From NCBI RefSeq assembly GCF_000150275.1, contig NW_002061113.1, forward strand, positions 1 through 5,181: DNA of 5,181 nt, given 5' to 3'. The notes below the pieces were generated by a model, which searched no databases, had not been told where the DNA came from, and saw only the letters and a program-made list of their open reading frames with translations. The translations under genes were made by a program, and so were the position numbers. This document shows, piece by piece, positions 1-5,181 of this stretch. Positions within the stretch are counted from its first letter, which is position 1. Each line of letters starts with the position of its first letter. This DNA is from Trichoplax adhaerens. Taxonomy: Eukaryota; Animalia; Placozoa.

Positions 1-87
1 GATATTTAAGTTTCTAAATTCCTAGACACGACACAGACAAGCATTTTGATAACATAACATGTTGATAATTCGTAATATATGATTATC

Positions 88-103
88 ATAACTTATAAGT
101 TAT
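88..103. other. 16-bp perfect palindrome
   Basis: ATAACTTATAAGTTAT equals its own reverse complement. Confidence 0.9.
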
Positions 104-183
104 CTATTGTAATTATAATTATCAGACATGGCATTACGCTACGGTTCGGATTTAGTGTATTAGTGTGACGATACACATATTTT

Positions 184-211
184 AATGATTATTCGCGACA
201 TAATAATCATT
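184..211. other. Inverted repeat / potential hairpin (10-bp stem, 8-nt loop)
   Basis: AATGATTATT (184-193), loop CGCGACAT, AATAATCATT (202-211). Confidence 0.8.
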
Positions 212-1224
212 CATTTGTAGAAACTAGATTAATCTGAAAATAGGTGATCATTTAATAATATTGACGAGATGTAGTTTACAAATCTTATTAAATGTGAAGT
301 AATACAACAAATATTTGTTAACGTTTGTGATAACATCATCCGCCCTATATCAAGAACAATGGATATCTTAACAACATTGAGTGGATTTACCAATAAAAAA
401 CACTGCTATGATATTAATACCGCAATCGTATCTATATGCCTCTAATTTTAATCATTTATGTTAGAGATGAAATGGAATAGAACACGATCTTATACACCAT
501 AAATAATTATCAGATTTCGTTTGATAGCTAAAATTAAATTATGCGGCAAGTATTTGTCAGTAAGTTAAAATCAGTTTAATTACGAATTTAGAAGTTACAA
601 ATAAAATTATGAATAATTTCAATTTATTTTATTTCCTATCGAATTATGAATAATATCTCCTCCTTTCTCATAATTATGCTTAGTAGATGCATTATATTAT
701 AATTCAGAGCCATGATTCTGAGCTGCTAATTAATCGAGCTTATATAATCTAGGAAAGTAACCGCAATTTTTTATCTGGATTCCACAGTAACTCGAAAAAT
801 CTTATTCAGAACCCTTATGATATTTTATATTTTAACGTTCAGAGATATAAGCATTAATAAATATAAACTCCAAAAGCTTAGGAACATCAGCTTTTATTGT
901 ATGCATATTCGCCATTTTATTCTTAAGATTTCTAAATTTATTAGCATCCATTCCAATTTACAGTAGGCAAGATTCAATTATTGTATATCATGATTATCCT
1001 AAGTATGCTAGCATAAATTTAAGGAGGGATTTTCTTAGTATCAATTAGCTTTGGAATTAAGATTCGAGTGTATCGTGCGTGACAGTATAAATATTATAAA
1101 AATCGACTCGCTTTCATCACGAGCATTCTAAACAAACATGTTACATTTAAATAGAGTTTCTGAAAGGAGCTATTAATGTAGGGCTTAGATTATAGGAATT
1201 TAAAATAACATATCAATGTGCTAT

Positions 1225-1530
1225 GAAGGTTCGATCAATCAGCCCTAGGTTTAAAAATTTTAGTAGCACCATTTCTTATCCGAACATAAAATGATTTCAT
1301 CCCCAATCATGATCATACTCAGCAAGTATACTTTTTGATATGGTTAAAAATAAGGAGTTATTATATATGAGCATTAACCAACTAGCATACATACAATTTT
1401 AAACTATAGCAAGCATCGAATTCCATCTTGGCATAATAATATTCTGACGTTTATCCAATTAGCTATGCTAGTAATATTGACATAAACTAAAAGACGGCGC
1501 TAAGAAAGTATCACTCTATTAGCTTGTCAC
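1225..1530. repeat. Highly decayed copies related to the satellite monomer
   Basis: 1226-1300 (TCAGCCCTAGGTTTAAAAATTTTAGTAGCACCATTTC) resembles 2246-2320 (TCAGCCTAGGATTTGAAAATTTAGTAACCTTATTTTC). ATACAATTTT at 1391 recurs at 3217. GCTATG...TATTGACAT at ~1462-1483 matches ~3279-3300. Confidence 0.5.
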
Positions 1531-1658
1531 AAAACAGATTTGCAACAAGATAACGCAATATACGATCAATAAGTCAACTCCTTGAACCACGTATCAAGGA
1601 ACGATATCTGTACTATCAGAAACACTTTTGCTCTACTAGCAGACTACACAAAAACTTA

Positions 1659-1659
1659 N
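1659..1659. other. Ambiguous base (N)
   Basis: Single n in AAAACTTANA, indicating a draft assembly or consensus uncertainty. Confidence 0.99.
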
Positions 1660-2244
1660 ACGCCTCGTATTTTACGTTAAAAGCTAAGTGGAAAATTCTC
1701 TTTATTTCACGATATACTGCATTTATATACTATTCCTCAATAGTTCATGAGTCATAGTTAATACATTTAACATTAGAATCATTTACTGAATTAGATATTA
1801 ATTATAGCTACTGCTCCCTTAACGCAGACAACAGTATTTACAAACATAGACATGCAATGACTAATACAGAATAGTCAGATTACGATATGTCCTATCACGG
1901 AACATTTCTATGATAATTTACAATCTAGCATAAGTAAATTACAATCACAATGATTCGAACTGTAAGTAGATGATTTGCATTCCCTATTATAACTATTAAT
2001 TTCAGTATGTGTATAGGTGTCACTGTCACAAAAAGTCAGTACTATATTAAAACACAGTATTTCCAAATTAGAAGTTAACTAAATAAGGATAGTCTAACAG
2101 AATTATCCAAACATAGATACTTCTACTGTAATAAAGTATATAACACTGTAACATAGCTATTTAATAATTCCCGAAGATGCATTAAAGAAATTATTTGCTG
2201 TTTGCCAAAACTCACTAAATAAATTGGTGTCATTTTAATCTTGC

Positions 2245-2615
2245 TAGGGGTCGCTTAGTTCAGCCTAGGATTTGAAAATTTAGTAACCTTATTTTCGATA
2301 AAGCCGTAAAATCATTCGATATTACTCATCGCAACTGACTGAAGTAATTATAATATTTAATAAAGATATAAGAAATTTGGCAAAATCGCTTTCTTGTTAA
2401 TTAGAACATGTTTCATAGCGTAAGTCTATAGACGCTACCATACTTTTACTAAAAGAGTATATGATATTGATATTAAACACAGTCCAGGATTGAGAAATTT
2501 AGCACATCGTTTCCAGCTCATTCACGTTTCGATAGCATTGCTCACATTTGTACTAAAGTGCATGATATTAACATCTCGTCAAGCATATTTTTCTTTCAAA
2601 GCCATATCAAGCAAT
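2245..2615. repeat. Decayed shorter (~100-120 bp) monomer-related repeats
   Basis: AGAAATTTGGCAAAATCGCTTTC (2371) resembles AGAAATTTAGCACATCGTTTCC (2493). TACTAAA...ATGATATT occurs at 2446 and 2551. The exact 12-mer AACCTTATTTTC is at 2285 and 2939. Confidence 0.55.
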
Positions 2616-3170
2616 TCACTGGATTAAAGAATCTCAAAAATTTTAAAATCACCGTATAATTTAGATGGCGAATCGCTATAATTTCTTAGATGCAAATCAT
2701 AACTGCGCTAAATTTGTTACCGTTATTCTTGAAAAATTCAGTAAAATATCCACCAATCAGCTTCAACTTAACTTGGAGAATCCACACAATTTTAGATATC
2801 ATTTTTTCTAATCTAGATATCTAAATTATTCCTTTAGCACTTCTTATGAATATACCGAATTTATTGACGTAAATTGATAGAAAATTCTCTTAAATATCTA
2901 TCAGTCTTAACCTAACTTCGAGAAATTTTACGACTTAAAACCTTATTTTCAATCTAGATATCTGAGCTTTGGCATTTCATCGACTTTCGTCATAATGATA
3001 CTAAATTTGTTAACAAGCATAATCAAGGACCTATCAGTTAGCCTCAAACTAACCTAGAGAATGTCTACCGTTTTAGAAATTTCATTTTCAATCTAGATAT
3101 CTAGACTTCGTCGTTTCATCGATGGTTAACATAGCGATACTAGATATATTAATGTGATTCTAAGGAAGCC
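2615..3170. repeat. Degenerate tandem array of ~140-150 bp monomers (satellite-like)
   Basis: The anchor motif (consensus AACCTAACTTGGAGAAT) occurs at 2765, 2909, 3046 and 3198 (spacings 144, 137, 152), with a weaker copy at about 2616. The exact 13-mer AATCTAGATATCT is at 2810, 2951 and 3090. The exact 12-mer CTAAATTTGTTA is at 2708 and 3001. Confidence 0.85.
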
Positions 3171-4380
3171 ACTGTTAAGGATCCCACGGTCAGTCGCAAC
3201 CTAACTTGGCAATTCTATACAATTTTGAAAACACAATTTCCAATCAAGATACGCAAAAAAATTATCGATGTTCATCATGCTATGTTCAATTTATTGACAT
3301 GCTCGTAATTTAATGTTGAAAAGCACTGCTAAATACCCATCCATCTCACTCTGATTGTGAAAATGCCCACTATTTTGGAAGCATTATTTTCTATCGAAAC
3401 AGCTTAATAACAAGATGACTATGCTCAAGTCGTTAGCATAATTTGACGATAAACCCTATTAACTATCCTTCAATCAACTGCGGCCTTAAACACTGTAAAG
3501 AAGTCATCAGTTAACCCGAACCTAGTTTAGAGCATCTCTCACATTCTGGAAACACCATTCCATCGACCTTGATCATACTACTTTTAACCTGTTGACGTAA
3601 TTCAATGTTGGAAAGCGTTGTTAAATATTGATCCATCTCAATATAGTTGCGAAATCATTTACCACCTTAGAACCATCATTTTCGATCCAAAGAGCTTAAT
3701 AACGTCATGGCTATTACTGATAACAATTCTTAAATTGTTAGCATATTTTGATGGAAAACCCTATTAATCATCCTTCGATCAACTATGAAACACTACTAAT
3801 CACCCATTAGTCAGCCTCAAATTAACTTAGAGAATCTCTAGCATTCTGTTAACATCACTTCATCGACATTCATCATACTACATTCAATCGGTTGATGCTA
3901 TTCGATGTTGGAAAGCGCTGAGAAGTATTCATCTATTTCAATCTAGCTGCGAAAATATCCACTACTTTGGAACCATCATATTCTATCTAAACAGCTCTAT
4001 AATATTATGAATGTTGCTGATAATTACACTTAAATTGGTGATATTATTTGATGGAAAACGACATCAACCATCCATCGATTAACCATCATACAGTAGTAAG
4101 GACCCATCATTCAAACCTAACCTAACTTGGAAAATCTCCTACCATTCTGGAAACGTCATTCCATCGATGTTGATCATACTGCGTTCAATTTGTTAACGTA
4201 GCTCAATCTTGAATATGCATCCATCTCACTTTAACCGAGAAAATGTCCATACTTTAGAACGAGCATTTTCTATCTACACAGCTCAAAAATATCATGGATG
4301 TTACGGATAACTGCTCAAATTGTTGACATAATTTGATAAAAAAACTCTATTGACTATCTATCAATCAACTTGGAGAATTG
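3170..4380. repeat. ~300 bp dimeric higher-order tandem repeat, about 4 copies
   Basis: 3481-3780 aligns to 3781-4080 without gaps at 214/300 identities (~71%, hand count). Anchor motifs at 3198, 3348, 3519, 3640, 3819, 3940, 4119, 4228 and ~4362 give alternating spacings of 121 and 179 in the core copies. Confidence 0.93.
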
Positions 4381-4606
4381 AAGAATCAAAGAAATGCCGA
4401 GATGATGGTTACAATTTGCATTCCTCTCCTATAATGGATCATGTACCTACTCTACGTTATCCGATCAATCGATTGTCCAAACAAATATCAAGCTAGATCA
4501 ATAACATCAACATGAAAGATTGTCAACAGATATTCAATCCATCCCCTTGTAGCTCGAAGATTGATTGAAATTGGAGCCTAGCAGTATTCTAATGAGGGCA
4601 TACTAA

Positions 4607-4765
4607 CATGCAAGGTCCCATTTCTACTTAACACACAACTCATCATGTTTGCTAGAATGATGCCATGTCATAACAATAAGCTTAGCCAATGGAATTGTCT
4701 CTTTGGTTATCACGTGGTAAGATGGAAATCTAAAAAGCAAGATCAAAAAAGAACGATGGCCGACA
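4607..4765. promoter_or_regulatory. Putative plant cis-regulatory module (auxin-response-like motifs plus G-box)
   Basis: GGTCCCAT 4614-4621, CCAAT 4686-4690, TGTCTC 4696-4701, CACGTG 4711-4716, CCGACA (TGTCGG on the minus strand) 4760-4765. These are motif matches only, and the organism is unknown. Confidence 0.3.
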
Positions 4766-4786
4766 AAGGCATGTTGTAAGAAGAAG

Positions 4787-4802
4787 GCAATTGATCAATT
4801 GC
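4787..4802. other. 16-bp perfect palindrome
   Basis: GCAATTGATCAATTGC equals its own reverse complement. Confidence 0.9.
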
Positions 4803-4836
4803 AGGAATACTATTTGGATAAGGGATTCATTACCTC

Positions 4837-4921
4837 TCAACTTGATCATCCTACACCTCTATACAAAGATTGTAATTAGCGAGAGAGAGAGAGAGCTTGA
4901 TCATCAAGTTGATCAAGTTGA
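4837..4921. repeat. 12-bp perfect inverted repeat flanking the GA microsatellite
   Basis: TCAACTTGATCA (4837-4848) is the reverse complement of TGATCAAGTTGA (4910-4921). Confidence 0.8.
4881..4895 (+). repeat. (GA)7G microsatellite
   Basis: GAGAGAGAGAGAGAG read directly from the sequence. Confidence 0.95.
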
Positions 4922-5181
4922 AGTTGAAAGTAGAACTTGAAAGAGTACCGTATCTAATTTTTATCTAGCGTTCATCATTACTACAGCAAGTAGGGATTGA
5001 TAAATCCAGTTGATTAAAGAAAGAAACATCGGATATCGTCCAATTCTTTTCTAGTTAAAGCTATCTTGACATGAAGAATAGAATATAGTTTGGTTATGAC
5101 CTTTAGCCTTTACCCAAGTTGAAATTTTCATCCAATTATTGGCTTCGTAAGACGTTGCAATTTAACAACCATCATGCTCAA

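Noticed and set aside
88-103. Resemblance to loxP arm ends (ATAACTT...AAGTTAT)
   Set aside because: Only the outer 7 bp match. The inner CGTATA arms and the 8-bp spacer are missing, so this is most likely coincidental in AT-rich DNA.
1579-1600. Hairpin TCCTTGA-N8-TCAAGGA as an intrinsic terminator
   Set aside because: The stem is only 7 bp, with no U-tract and no upstream gene.
2760-3260. CRISPR-like array (conserved motif plus spacers)
   Set aside because: The exact repeat is only 13 bp, the period is ~140 bp, the intervening sequences are homologous to each other rather than unique spacers, and no cas-like ORF is present.
2760-4380. Repeat-protein (e.g. LRR) coding region, suggested by the 300-bp period and AAT CTA GAT ATC T (N-L-D-I-S)
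   Set aside because: Frequent stops occur in the frames translated on both strands. Monomer spacings (139, 137, 152, 121, 179) break frame, and mismatches are evenly spread over codon positions. TGA stops remain even under a TAA/TAG-reassigned code.
4332-4570. Near-open + strand frame with one internal TAG (possible pseudogene)
   Set aside because: The translation resembles no family I recognize, and the frame begins inside the satellite sequence.
4645-4779. Small + strand ORF, 44 aa (MFARMMPCHNNKLSQWNCLFGYHVVRWKSKKQDQKRTMADKGML)
   Set aside because: Its length is expected by chance, and it has no recognizable motif or translation-initiation context.
4859-4868. TATA-like CTATACAAAG upstream of the GA tract
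   Set aside because: It mismatches the TATAWAW consensus, and I saw no downstream ORF or transcript evidence in the window.

Overview
AT-rich (roughly 30% GC by spot counts), apparently non-coding and probably eukaryotic DNA, possibly plant. I found no credible CDS, RNA gene, CRISPR array or intact mobile element. The main structure is a degenerate satellite-like tandem array at about 2615-4380. On the left it consists of ~140-150 bp monomers. On the right these become a ~300 bp two-monomer higher-order repeat (A ~121 bp + B ~179 bp). More decayed relatives of the monomer seem to extend leftwards to about 660-2600. The array stops abruptly at about 4380. The unique sequence that follows holds a cluster of plant-type cis-element motifs (4607-4765), a 16-bp palindrome, and a (GA)n microsatellite flanked by an inverted repeat. 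All alignments and counts were done by eye and need computational confirmation.
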